A DNA stretch of 64,000 nucleotides, from assembly GCA_003141895.1 (NCBI GenBank), contig PLNT01000018.1:257884-321883 (forward strand), written 5' to 3'. This document shows, one piece after another, positions 41,120 through 50,095 of this stretch. The stretch comes from Bacteroidales bacterium. Its GTDB lineage: Bacteria > Bacteroidota > Bacteroidia > Bacteroidales > VadinHA17. The notes beneath the pieces are model-generated. The model saw only the letters and a list, made by a program, of their open reading frames with translations, was not told the origin of the DNA and made no database searches. Each line of letters begins with the position of its first letter. The first letter of the stretch is position 1. The translations under genes were made by a program, and so were the position numbers.

Positions 41120-42706
41120 TCAGATAATTGGTGATCCGTCCTGATAACAAAGGCAATTGGTTGTTAATAATGCGGCATTCCCAAAGTCAGTCCCTTCAGT
41201 AATCAGAAGTTCTACATCGGGCAAAGTTTCGGGTTCAGTGCTATTTATAAACTCAGCAATAACTTCTGAAGGATTCGGGGTAGCAAGGTTTACTCTCAGG
41301 CCCTGATAAGCAACAAAATATGATTCCCCAGTGATAAAGGGATGATGTTCAGAAGGAGGTTCTAGTTTGATTTCCAGAAGACCACTTCCAGGTAATGGAT
41401 CTGTTATTATCTGAACGTTTGAAAACTCTGGCAGATACGAGCTGCTCGCTTGTAGGTTTAATTTAATATAGGCAGGAACAGCAAGCCATCCTTTAAGGAT
41501 TTTGCCATTAGAAAGAGTAATAACATCATTAGTAAGATACCACACGGTCGATCCTACAGTAATAGTCACTGTAATTTTGAATTCAAGATTATAAGCATTT
41601 GGAGTACCGTCTGCATTCCTATAGATAGTACCTACGTTGATTGCAAAAGAAAAAGCCTGCCCGGTTACTGATTCAACTTCAAGAGATTGGCTCAATGAAA
41701 TAGGAATAGGAAGTCCTGTAAATGGAATTAAAGCGTATGGGAGCCCGAAATTGTCAAATGCTTGTTGTACAGTACCACTCCCGCTTTGTGTCCAGTTTTC
41801 AAAATGCGGATCATAAATCATCTGATCACTTAATAGACTAAATTGAGCAAAGTCAGAGTTCAAAAAAAGGTTGTCTTTTAATTTGATAGTCTTTTTAACT
41901 TTGACTTGCTTACCACCTGGCACCAGAGACATCTGTAAGCTTCCCACGGGAGAAACTTCAATGCCGGGACCAGGATAACCCAGATTTAATACTGCAGGAG
42001 CTGATTCGGTACCTTGATAGGCCCCGCCTGAAGAATAAAGCATACGGCTGCTTTTAACGTCAGATGAACGTGTTATTCCCCATCGACCGAGCCGTTGTGT
42101 AATCTCAGCATTAAATATTTTGAGAATATTTTCTATTACTTCATAGCAAGTAAGTCCTGAAAAAGTTTCGGCAGAAATATATGTTTGTTCCAGGGGTGAC
42201 CGGCTATGATCGTGCAAAGTAGCAAATAGGTTAATAGCAATAGAATATCCTAGCACCAACTCCGTTTTACTTATGCAATAAATTATTATCTGAAGCAAGC
42301 TCATGAACCCGGACAAAGGAAAGGATTCATTTTTAAGCAGTCCTAATCCGTCGGTAGCTATAAAGGTCACAGTATTTGGGACAGGCGTATAAGGTGTTGA
42401 ATATTGTTGTGGTAGATTATAACCGACCCACATAAGGACATCAGAAGGACCATAAAGCTCAACTTTTATAGCTTTAGTTTTGTTAGTGTAAAATTCGAGA
42501 AACTCAAAATCAACCTCCTCAATAATTGAATATTCAAAGGATGTCCCTCTAATATAATCAGCTTTATCTTTTCTTAATTTAAAAGGTGATATCGGAACAT
42601 TGCGATCTATTTGATTACCGACATAACCATCAAAATAAACTTTTGCTTTGTAAAGATTTCCTTTTTTGCTTCTACACAAGAGCTCATATTTCAGACCGTA
42701 AGCCAT
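41120..42706 (-). CDS. Phage structural-like protein (tail/baseplate-like N-terminus), function unknown
   Basis: 528 aa. The N-terminus MAYGLKYELLCRSKKGNLYKAKVYFDGYVGNQIDRNVPISPFKLRK...VELYGPSDVLMWVGYNLPQQY resembles a pattern I associate with tail proteins of Bacteroidota phages. This is not verified. Confidence 0.35.
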   Translation of the reverse strand: MAYGLKYELLCRSKKGNLYKAKVYFDGYVGNQIDRNVPISPFKLRKDKADYIRGTSFEYSIIEEVDFEFLEFYTNKTKAIKVELYGPSDVLMWVGYNLPQQYSTPYTPVPNTVTFIATDGLGLLKNESFPLSGFMSLLQIIIYCISKTELVLGYSIAINLFATLHDHSRSPLEQTYISAETFSGLTCYEVIENILKIFNAEITQRLGRWGITRSSDVKSSRMLYSSGGAYQGTESAPAVLNLGYPGPGIEVSPVGSLQMSLVPGGKQVKVKKTIKLKDNLFLNSDFAQFSLLSDQMIYDPHFENWTQSGSGTVQQAFDNFGLPYALIPFTGLPIPISLSQSLEVESVTGQAFSFAINVGTIYRNADGTPNAYNLEFKITVTITVGSTVWYLTNDVITLSNGKILKGWLAVPAYIKLNLQASSSYLPEFSNVQIITDPLPGSGLLEIKLEPPSEHHPFITGESYFVAYQGLRVNLATPNPSEVIAEFINSTEPETLPDVELLITEGTDFGNAALLTTNCLCYQDGSPII

Positions 42707-42763
42707 AGAATTATATATTAAAACTTTTATTTTTTTATATCAGTTTATTATCAACAGGTTAGG

Positions 42764-43504
42764 TTAATCAGTAAGGTTACAGGGTTTTAATATTTTGTCA
42801 GTTATAGGATCTTTTTGAAATTTTAATTCAGATAATATCTGAGATCGTTCCTTTGAACTATATGAAGGTGCAAGATCAAAGTATCCACCCTCCAAAAGTT
42901 TTCTTAATTGCTTTTTTACAATCTTGCCCGTTTGTCCAGGAGAATAAGCATATTCAGAATGCGAGTTCTTGCAGATAACTGAAGCCCATTCCTTCTCGTC
43001 ATAAACCAGAGGCGGAACAAGGGGCTCAACATAATCATCTGCCATTAATTCAATTAATCCAACATCAAGTAGTCGCTCAGCTTCAGCTTCTGATATTCTG
43101 ATTATAGACCCTTCCTTTTCAGAACGGTTCCCCCCAGGCTTTAATATTCTCGCATTTACCTTATCTTCCTCTAAAACTTCCTTAACCGGGGGCAGTTCTT
43201 CGAAAATAAGTTTAACATAACCTTGTGACACTAAGCAATTATCTCGTATCTGTTCAAGTTGAAGAGATACAATTTTTCCTTTTTCATAAGTTAATTTGGG
43301 ATGCTTTTGCATAAATTCAACTTTGCAATATGACTTTCCTCTCGAGATAATCCGGCCATATCCTAGTTCTAGCAGCTGATTATAATCAATGAAGTGTTGA
43401 TTCAGCATTGCTACATGCCCTTCATTCCAAATAAACTCCGGATGTTTTTTTAGCCAGTAAAAGTAAATATCTCCTTTGTACTCATTTTTTTCACTTGTTT
43501 TCAT
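42764..43504 (-). CDS. Hypothetical protein built from about four ~40-aa repeat modules
   Basis: The recurring module is (K/Q)KHP..(Y/W)..G.(I/V)..(L/M)...(L..GY): LKKHPEFIWNEGHVAML...LELGYGRI; MQKHPKLTYEKGKIVSL...VSQGYVKL; ...SIIRISEAEAERLLDVGLIEL; NSHSEYAYSPGQTGKIV...LEGGYFDL. Confidence 0.5.
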   Translation of the reverse strand: MKTSEKNEYKGDIYFYWLKKHPEFIWNEGHVAMLNQHFIDYNQLLELGYGRIISRGKSYCKVEFMQKHPKLTYEKGKIVSLQLEQIRDNCLVSQGYVKLIFEELPPVKEVLEEDKVNARILKPGGNRSEKEGSIIRISEAEAERLLDVGLIELMADDYVEPLVPPLVYDEKEWASVICKNSHSEYAYSPGQTGKIVKKQLRKLLEGGYFDLAPSYSSKERSQILSELKFQKDPITDKILKPCNLTD

Positions 43505-43534
43505 TTATGATTGTTTTACAGTTAGTTGAATTCT

Positions 43535-43855
43535 TTAATTTTCATTTTCTATCAGTTCGACATAACAGAGGTTTACCAGATCTTCAACGTCCTCTGAGCG
43601 AATTTTACCAATATCGCCAACCGAATATGCATAACGATGGTGCGGTTTTATAAAAATTACTTCAGTATAGTTTTGGGGAATAGGTTTAACCTTGTCCTCT
43701 TCCTTGGTGGGGCTGGCGTATCCCAATTCAATAAGTTTTGAAGCGTATTTTCTTTCCATCTGGCAGAAATCGCCTGGGGATTTCCCGGATTGAGGATGTT
43801 TCAGGAGAAATGTAATTTCCATTAATTCTAAATTGTTCTCAGTTGAGTTTTTCAT
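43535..43855 (-). CDS. Hypothetical protein with two copies of the same ~40-aa module
   Basis: LLKHPQSGKSPGDFCQM...LIELGYASP and IKPHHRYAYSVGDIGKI...LCYVELI. Confidence 0.5.
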   Translation of the reverse strand: MKNSTENNLELMEITFLLKHPQSGKSPGDFCQMERKYASKLIELGYASPTKEEDKVKPIPQNYTEVIFIKPHHRYAYSVGDIGKIRSEDVEDLVNLCYVELIENEN

Positions 43856-43878
43856 TGTAAAAATATTAACTGTGTTAA

Positions 43879-44184
43879 TTATGCCTGGCCCAATATTTTT
43901 TCCAGATCAGATCTTCTGTATCTCTTTTGACCTCCGATCCGTAGCGGTTTTGTTAGCTTCTTTTTGTCATAGTTCCAAAGCGTGACTAATGAAATACCGA
44001 GGGCTTTCGCAAAAGCCTGAGGTTTCATGTATTCCTCGACATCTGGTTGTTGGTTCATCTTCATTCTTTCAATGGCTCTCTCTGCAACATGTTCACCAAA
44101 AGCGATCAGATCACTTCCGGAGACTTCCAATCTTAAGCCTTTGGCTAGCTCCGGGTTATCATTTAGAATATTTAAAAGATCCAT
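43879..44184 (-). CDS. HTH DNA-binding protein (excisionase/MerR-like HTH_17)
   Basis: KPQAFAKALGISLVTLWNYDKKKLTKPLRIGGQKRYRRSDLEKIL. Confidence 0.6.
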   Translation of the reverse strand: MDLLNILNDNPELAKGLRLEVSGSDLIAFGEHVAERAIERMKMNQQPDVEEYMKPQAFAKALGISLVTLWNYDKKKLTKPLRIGGQKRYRRSDLEKILGQA

Positions 44185-44220
44185 TACCGTTTATATTGAT
44201 TCAAAACAAAATTACAGCAA

Positions 44221-44248
44221 TAAAAAACCCCGAAACATAGTAACGGGG
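44221..44248 (-). terminator. Rho-independent terminator inside the element
   Basis: On the minus strand: CCCCG-ttactatgttt-CGGGG followed by TTTTTT. Confidence 0.55.
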
Positions 44249-44272
44249 TACGTAACCGGTTACGTAACCGGT
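44249..44272. promoter_or_regulatory. Tandem 12-mer TACGTAACCGGT x2 containing the perfect palindrome GTAACCGGTTAC (candidate operator)
   Basis: Read directly from the sequence. It lies between the 274-aa gene and the HTH gene. Confidence 0.4.
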
Positions 44273-44297
44273 CACAATCAGTTTTTTAACTCTTTGT

Positions 44298-45122
44298 CTA
44301 CAATCCAGTAGACGCGTCCATTTCTTTGGTAGCCTGATTTATAGCTTTGCTGACATCACAAGAAGTAAATGTTTTTAAAAGACCGATAGATTCTATCATT
44401 TTATTTACATTTTTTATACTCTTTCTAGTATTCTTATTCTTTAATTCGGGCCATCTCTTCCTGATCACGTTGAAGGAGTAACCAGAAAACTCGGCGATTT
44501 TATTATAAATGCATGTTTGACTACCCATCTCTAATTCTTTGAAGGGATAACAATAATTCTGTTTACAGTAGATATAGGCCATAACGACACTTGCAACGGA
44601 GTAGCCCTGGTCTTTAAATAAACTCTCTGAAGATTCTGAAGATGTATTTTGATTCGCTTTGGAATTCTCTGCAGGTTGTAGCCAAACCCCATCCCGATGG
44701 TTTTTTAAATATGCCTTCACCCCCATTCTTTTTAAAAATTTTTCCCGCTTAAGCATGTGATCAGTAATAAGGTCACAAATTCTCTTTACTTCAGAATAAT
44801 TATATAAACCTGAGTTATAATTTTTGGCCAAAAAATCAAATTTCTTTTTGTATTCAGCTCTTTCTAACGGCAGGTTCTTAAGCTCTTCTGGTGACAAGGG
44901 TAAGGTTTTATACCCTTTGTAATCGGGTGTCGACGTTATCAATCGATCAATTTCCTCCTTTAGTGTCCTAAGAAGCTTATCTGAGAAATCATAAACATAT
45001 ATTACTTCACTATATTTTAGAGCTGTAAGATGCAAAGGTAGTTTTTCGATTTCTTGGTAAAGATCCCTTACCTGGTCTTCAGTTAGTAATTTTGTCATAA
45101 TGTTCGTTAATAAATTTTTCAT
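44298..45122 (-). CDS. Hypothetical protein (274 aa)
   Basis: Long ORF co-directional with the element genes. I recognised no motif. Confidence 0.5.
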   Translation of the reverse strand: MKNLLTNIMTKLLTEDQVRDLYQEIEKLPLHLTALKYSEVIYVYDFSDKLLRTLKEEIDRLITSTPDYKGYKTLPLSPEELKNLPLERAEYKKKFDFLAKNYNSGLYNYSEVKRICDLITDHMLKREKFLKRMGVKAYLKNHRDGVWLQPAENSKANQNTSSESSESLFKDQGYSVASVVMAYIYCKQNYCYPFKELEMGSQTCIYNKIAEFSGYSFNVIRKRWPELKNKNTRKSIKNVNKMIESIGLLKTFTSCDVSKAINQATKEMDASTGL

Positions 45123-45162
45123 GTTTAACCTGAATCATTAGTACTTCCCGGACTGCCATTCC

Positions 45163-45696
45163 TTATCCAACTTCTTGAAGTTCTTCAACAGGATAGCTCT
45201 TAAGCTGATAAGTTTCCGATCTGATATCATCAAAGGTGTCGGCAATCTTTTTTATATAAAACAACTGTTCGACTAAATCCGGATTATTTTCAAAGATTCC
45301 ATGTTCACCTTTATCAAATGATGAAAGAGAAGCTTCAACAATATCATTGTGTAATGTTCTGAGTGTTTCAATGAGTACGCCTATTCCCCCACATTCAATT
45401 ATATCTTTCAGCGGAGAGAGATCATAATCAATAAGCCTCCGTTTTGTAATTGGGGCACCAGGTTCATCTTGAATAAGTTCTTCACAAGTCAATACAGCAT
45501 TTTGTTGTTCTGTATGGTTCGCTTTAAGTGTTAAATTTTCTTCCAACAGTTTTTGTACATCAATACCCATATTCAAAAGCGTTTTGAAAGAGTCTGTCCA
45601 GGGACCTTGAGCACCAAACAAAATTTGTCTTTTAATTTTTTCAGATTGATCCTCTTGTTTCTGGATCTCTTGGTTGTTGTTAGTTACATTTTTCAT
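45163..45696 (-). CDS. Hypothetical protein (177 aa)
   Basis: ORF directly downstream of the integrase. I recognised no motif. Confidence 0.5.
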   Translation of the reverse strand: MKNVTNNNQEIQKQEDQSEKIKRQILFGAQGPWTDSFKTLLNMGIDVQKLLEENLTLKANHTEQQNAVLTCEELIQDEPGAPITKRRLIDYDLSPLKDIIECGGIGVLIETLRTLHNDIVEASLSSFDKGEHGIFENNPDLVEQLFYIKKIADTFDDIRSETYQLKSYPVEELQEVG

Positions 45697-45732
45697 CTTA
45701 AGTGGGGTTTAAATTATTACGTATGAAGAAAG

Positions 45733-47073
45733 TTATGATACAATTTTTAAATTTGAATCTTTATAATAAGGATGATTCGCTAACTTTAGGGCTGTCTCTT
45801 CTGAAGAAATTCTAATATACTCGAGGAGCTGTTTATCGCTCGAATGACCTGATATTTTTCTTATGTCAGTTAATGAAATACCAGCTTTATACATATTTGT
45901 ACAAGCTGTTCTCCTTCCGGTATGGCATGTAATAATTTCCCACTTTTTTGCGGATCTTGGATACTTCTTTCCAAACTTAACCCCCTCCCAATTTATTTCC
46001 TCCGTTATACCACAAGAAAAGGCTACTGTTTTAATGTATTTGTTTACGTACTGTTCTGGTATCTGAGGTAATTTATTTCCATATTTCTTCCAGATCTCCT
46101 CAAATCTGGGAGTAAGTGGAATGATTACCGGCGTACCTGTTTTAGTCTGGCTTATGTCAATAAAACGCTTACCTTCAATATTGCGAATATTAATATCTAT
46201 TTTTTTGTAGTCGGATATTCTTAAACATGTTTCACAAAGAACAATAAAGGCATCACGGGCTAATTCCTCCCTCGGAGACAGAGAGAGATCCTTTGTGTAA
46301 ATTTGATCTAACTCGTCCCGGGTAAGGTAAATTGAATGGGTCTTTTCAGAAATACCGTGAAATGATTCATATTTAAATTCTTGGTTTGTATGTAATTTGT
46401 CAACTTCCAGGGATTTTCTCATTATTAACTTTAAACTCTTTATAAATCTACCTATCGTGTTTAAAGCATAACCCTCATTAGTCAAGAAATTAACAAACGA
46501 ATTATAAAAATCAATATTGATATTCTCAAAATCTAACTTCCTTAGTGGTCTTAATGGTTTTTCTTTTCCTCCGTGCTTCTCTTTGTCTTTATGCCATGCA
46601 ATTCGCTTTTCCGAGTAAATACCCTGATACTCTCCAAAGATGCGTTTAAAACCCTCTAAGATGCGTATGGTGCCAGGTGCAAGATTAATTGATGACTTAT
46701 TCTTTCTATCCCCTGCCTTTGCCTCTTTAATGAAATTATCAATGTATTGATTCAGGTTCTTTGCCTTAACATTCTTTTTATTGTGGAACTTATCAATAAC
46801 ATCTGTCAACCATTCTTTCGAATAACCGTCATGAAAATTCTTAACCTCTGTCTCAATATAGTCTTTTAGGTCATGCAGTTTTTTGATTAGCTTATCATCA
46901 TCTTCTGTTGTGATCCTTTGTTTTATGGTCTGTGTTTTATTACTCCATCTATCAGCATCAACTAAAAGTAGCGTTTTTACAATTATATCAACTTCTCTCC
47001 CGGCTGATAACCTTACATAAATGGGAGCCAGATCCCTCTTTTTTGCAGACACAAAATAATTAACAGTAGGCAT
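45733..47073 (-). CDS. Tyrosine-type site-specific integrase (Bacteroidota large integrase type)
   Basis: 446 aa. The catalytic pattern is CETCLRISD (R), CHTGRRTACT (HxxR) and ISGHSSDKQLLEYIRI (H...Y). There is a long N-terminal arm-binding/SAM-like region. The gene lies 200 bp from attR. Confidence 0.9.
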   Translation of the reverse strand: MPTVNYFVSAKKRDLAPIYVRLSAGREVDIIVKTLLLVDADRWSNKTQTIKQRITTEDDDKLIKKLHDLKDYIETEVKNFHDGYSKEWLTDVIDKFHNKKNVKAKNLNQYIDNFIKEAKAGDRKNKSSINLAPGTIRILEGFKRIFGEYQGIYSEKRIAWHKDKEKHGGKEKPLRPLRKLDFENINIDFYNSFVNFLTNEGYALNTIGRFIKSLKLIMRKSLEVDKLHTNQEFKYESFHGISEKTHSIYLTRDELDQIYTKDLSLSPREELARDAFIVLCETCLRISDYKKIDINIRNIEGKRFIDISQTKTGTPVIIPLTPRFEEIWKKYGNKLPQIPEQYVNKYIKTVAFSCGITEEINWEGVKFGKKYPRSAKKWEIITCHTGRRTACTNMYKAGISLTDIRKISGHSSDKQLLEYIRISSEETALKLANHPYYKDSNLKIVS

Positions 47074-47128
47074 ATTCTTAACTTTTATTAATTCGAATCC
47101 TTTCAGGACTCAACTAAACAAAGATAAT

Positions 47129-47150
47129 ATTTCTACAACCATTCTACAAC
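47129..47150 (+). promoter_or_regulatory. ATTTCTACAACC + ATTCTACAAC direct repeats (candidate integrase arm-type sites, right end)
   Basis: The same 12-mer occurs at 33832-33843. Confidence 0.35.
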
Positions 47151-47272
47151 ATAATTTAAATCTATTTTAATCCATGTTAATAAAATAATCTTACATGTAT
47201 AGCCCATCTATTGACTAGATGGGAGAATGATAATTTTTTATAATTAAATTGAATTAATATAAATAGGGTTGA

Positions 47273-47303
47273 TTCGAGTCCCTTCAGGTTCACTCTTATA
47301 AAA
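47273..47303 (+). repeat. attR (duplicated tRNA-Arg 3' fragment)
   Basis: ttcgagtcccttcaggttcactcttataaaa. No tRNA 5' half lies upstream, so this is a partial copy. Confidence 0.9.
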
Positions 47304-47308
47304 ATAAA

Positions 47309-47347
47309 TACCCTTGTAATTCAATACTTTACAAGGGTATTATTTTC
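47309..47347 (+). terminator. Probable original tRNA-Arg terminator, displaced by the insertion
   Basis: TACCCTTGTAA-ttcaatactt-TTACAAGGGTA followed by TTATTTTC. Confidence 0.6.
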
Positions 47348-47468
47348 ACACACAACTAAATTCGCATCCCAGAGTAATGTTTCATAAGCATCGGGAATAG
47401 AGCACCAAAATAGTCGCGTTGTGCCTGAATTAATGATAAGATCTTTAGAAAAGATATTTAAGCCTGAG

Positions 47469-47954
47469 TTAATTGTTTTTTTTAGTAGGAACAATTAATA
47501 GCGGAATTGAAGTATGATGCAGAACTTTTTCAGTAACACTTCCCATTACTATATTTTCCAGCCATTTCCGGCTATGTGATCCAACGACAATGATATCTGC
47601 ATGCAACTCCTTTGCAGTTTCTAAAATAGAATCAGCAAAATCACCCTCTTTAACAATGGTCTTAATGGTTTTATCACCAAGGTGTTGTTTTGATTTATCA
47701 AGATATTGAAGGGATGCATTTTTTAGTCCATCAACATTGTCTAATTGCATGGCACCCATATCCATATAACCGTTAAAGCCCATGATTGGTGAATATCCGG
47801 AAGTGGAATAAAACACCGGATCGGTTATTACATGAAGTAGTATTACTTCTGCATTCATGGATTTTGCCATTGAAAATCCCACCTCTGCAACTTTTTGTGC
47901 AGTTGGATTATAATCAAGTGCTATCAATACTTTATTTACCTTTTCTGTTTTCAT
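47469..47954 (-). CDS. Universal stress protein (UspA family)
   Basis: KVLIALDYNP...AEVILLHV...ADIIVVGSHSR....I.MGSVTEKVLHH...PLLIV. Confidence 0.85.
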   Translation of the reverse strand: MKTEKVNKVLIALDYNPTAQKVAEVGFSMAKSMNAEVILLHVITDPVFYSTSGYSPIMGFNGYMDMGAMQLDNVDGLKNASLQYLDKSKQHLGDKTIKTIVKEGDFADSILETAKELHADIIVVGSHSRKWLENIVMGSVTEKVLHHTSIPLLIVPTKKNN

Positions 47955-48247
47955 GATCGTTATAAATTTTATATAATATTTGGGTATCCGAGATTAATCA
48001 CAGATCCCTGTCGCGCGCGTTTCATATTGTCACAAGATCACTTTCTTCTTCTGTTCAATAATAACCAAGCAGGATTCCAATGAACTGGCAATTTGTTTAA
48101 GATTATTTAAAGATTTATGTCCTGATTTTTATATTAAACAAAACATGATCGGTTTTGTTATAAACGCTTTCACTTCTCAGATAGAGTTTTTATCGCAAGT
48201 GAAGCCTCTACAGGAGCAGTTCCTCGTCCTGTGTGACACTACATTAC

Positions 48248-48688
48248 CTAACTTAATAGAGCAGCACCTCCTTTAACAACGGACTGCCAGAAAAATCCAT
48301 ACTGGAACGAGACGAACAGTACTAAAAACGTTGGTTCGTTGTTGTACAATTTTAAACTTGAATAGAGTCCCTGATAAGTAATCATACAAATGACAAAAGT
48401 TATAAGTCCAATACTTAATAACTCTTTTGATTCGGGAAATGAAATTTTAATCTTATCAGATTTGTCTGTACCAGACTGTGTCACTTCCTGACTTTTGCCT
48501 ATTTCTGAAACAGCCTTTTGCGTAGGTGAAGCCTTTATTCCATTAATGCCGGTAATTAAGAAACTAAAAAAAATGCCAAGGATTAACCCAGCCAGAGAAA
48601 GAACAATCCGCCGGGTAGGAATCGGTCCCGTCTCCCTGATAATCTCTGAGTCGGGGCTTTTCATAAGTAAATAATCGAGGATTTTCAT
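48248..48688 (-). CDS. Hypothetical membrane protein
   Basis: Several hydrophobic helices. The ATG is at 48688 (the track ORF begins at a TTG at 48712). Confidence 0.45.
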   Translation of the reverse strand: MKILDYLLMKSPDSEIIRETGPIPTRRIVLSLAGLILGIFFSFLITGINGIKASPTQKAVSEIGKSQEVTQSGTDKSDKIKISFPESKELLSIGLITFVICMITYQGLYSSLKLYNNEPTFLVLFVSFQYGFFWQSVVKGGAALLS

Positions 48689-48867
48689 ATTTAAACGAAT
48701 TAGATACAGCAAGAAATAATGATATTACCCAGAGTAAAATTATTAAATATTTAAATTCAAGTCAAATATGAATTCTTTTCTATATTTCTAATTATGAGTA
48801 TGTTTGTTTCACTTTTAGAAAATCATTATTGTACAAAAAACCTTAAAAATTCAAAGATATTCTGAAT

Positions 48868-49830
48868 CTAAATGCTTTTACCTGCTAAACGTGTCATTCC
48901 GTAATATGCACTCCCCAGCAGAGATGCCCTCGATCCAAGATTTGCTCTTTCAATTTTCACATCCGAACGGCAATTTTCGAGTGAATTAGCAAAAGCACTC
49001 GCTTTTATCATTGATAAATAACTGTCGTTTGCTTCAGACATGCCACCACCAAGAACAATTATTTCCGGGGCAAAAATTGTAATAAGATTAGCCAGACCTA
49101 TTCCGACCATCTCGGCATTTTCTTTTACCACCTTTACAGCAACAGGTTCATTTATATAGCTTAATTCAAATATTTCACGACAGGTTATGGCTTTTAATCC
49201 CTGATGATTTTCTGATCCGATTTCTTCCCGATATCTTCTCATGATCGCGGAGGCTGATGCAAATTGTTCATATGATCCTCTGATTCCTTTATCGCTTATT
49301 TCATTCTCAAAATTTATGATCATCTGACCAACTTCCCCACCTGCATTGTTCATTCCCCGGTACAACTTGCCATTTATTATTATACCCCCTCCGATCCCTG
49401 TACGAAGGGCAACGAAAACTATATTGCTATAACCTTTCGCAGCCCCGAATCTATGCTCAGCAATTGTCATCATATTGGCATCATTACCTACATAAGCAGG
49501 CAAGCCTGTCTCCTGATTAATAATCTTTGCCAGTGGAACATTAACCCAGTCTTTAATACCCTGATCAGGACCTATTACCACACCTGAAGCATGATCAATA
49601 AATCCTTTAGCTGCTGTACCAATACATATTGGATTAATACCATCAGAAGCTACTGATTGCCTTATTTCCCTGATAGCTTCAAGAATTCCTGAGATTATAT
49701 AATCCTTAGTCTGAACCAGATTCAGGGGAAACGATTTGGTTGAAATAACTTCTCCATGGATCCTTACCACTGCGATTCTGATTGCATTCCGCCCGATATC
49801 GATTCCTATGGCTGCTGCATGATTAAACAT
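48868..49830 (-). CDS. ROK-family sugar kinase-like protein
   Basis: AIGIDIGRNAIRIAVV (phosphate-1), GNDANMMTIAEHRFGAAKG and GIGGGIIINGKLYRGMNNAGGEVGQM (ROK signature region; the usual His and zinc Cys motif are not obvious). Confidence 0.7.
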   Translation of the reverse strand: MFNHAAAIGIDIGRNAIRIAVVRIHGEVISTKSFPLNLVQTKDYIISGILEAIREIRQSVASDGINPICIGTAAKGFIDHASGVVIGPDQGIKDWVNVPLAKIINQETGLPAYVGNDANMMTIAEHRFGAAKGYSNIVFVALRTGIGGGIIINGKLYRGMNNAGGEVGQMIINFENEISDKGIRGSYEQFASASAIMRRYREEIGSENHQGLKAITCREIFELSYINEPVAVKVVKENAEMVGIGLANLITIFAPEIIVLGGGMSEANDSYLSMIKASAFANSLENCRSDVKIERANLGSRASLLGSAYYGMTRLAGKSI

Positions 49831-49916
49831 CCTTTACTAAAATTGATAATTCAATACAAAAATAACTTTAAATCGTAAAAGTCTGCCATCGATTTTGAAT
49901 AATAACAATATGATAA

Positions 49917-50004
49917 TGCAAGTTGCAGGGTGCATGTTGCAGAATGTTTAGTTATTTATTATGTTGCATAGCATTACTCGCATCGTGCATCTTGCATCTT
50001 GCAC
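49917..50004. repeat. Inverted blocks of TGCAAG/TGCATC-type heptamers
   Basis: tgcaagttgcagggtgcatgttgcag ... cgcatcgtgcatcttgcatcttgcacc. The arms are roughly complementary. Confidence 0.85.
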
Positions 50005-50095
50005 CATCAACAATTAATATAGTTCTCTATTATAAGTGATGCAGCATTCTCTCACTAATTTTTTTTAATAACTTTGGCACAAGTATATTTATGAT

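Larger units (their letters stand above)
33745..47303 (-). mobile_element. Integrated element of about 13.5 kb in the 3' end of tRNA-Arg. It is phage-satellite-like, and all genes are on the minus strand.
   Basis: A 31-bp direct repeat with 1 mismatch sits at both ends, and the left copy is the tRNA 3' end. A large tyrosine integrase lies 200 bp from the right repeat. Replication, HTH/excisionase-like, prohead protease and tail-like genes lie between. No terminase, portal or recognisable capsid gene is present. Confidence 0.85.

Noticed and set aside
33745-47303. A complete temperate prophage.
   Set aside because: At 13.5 kb the region is too small. I could recognise no terminase, portal, major capsid or tail tube/tape-measure set by eye. 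It is called a satellite-like integrative element, pending sensitive searches.
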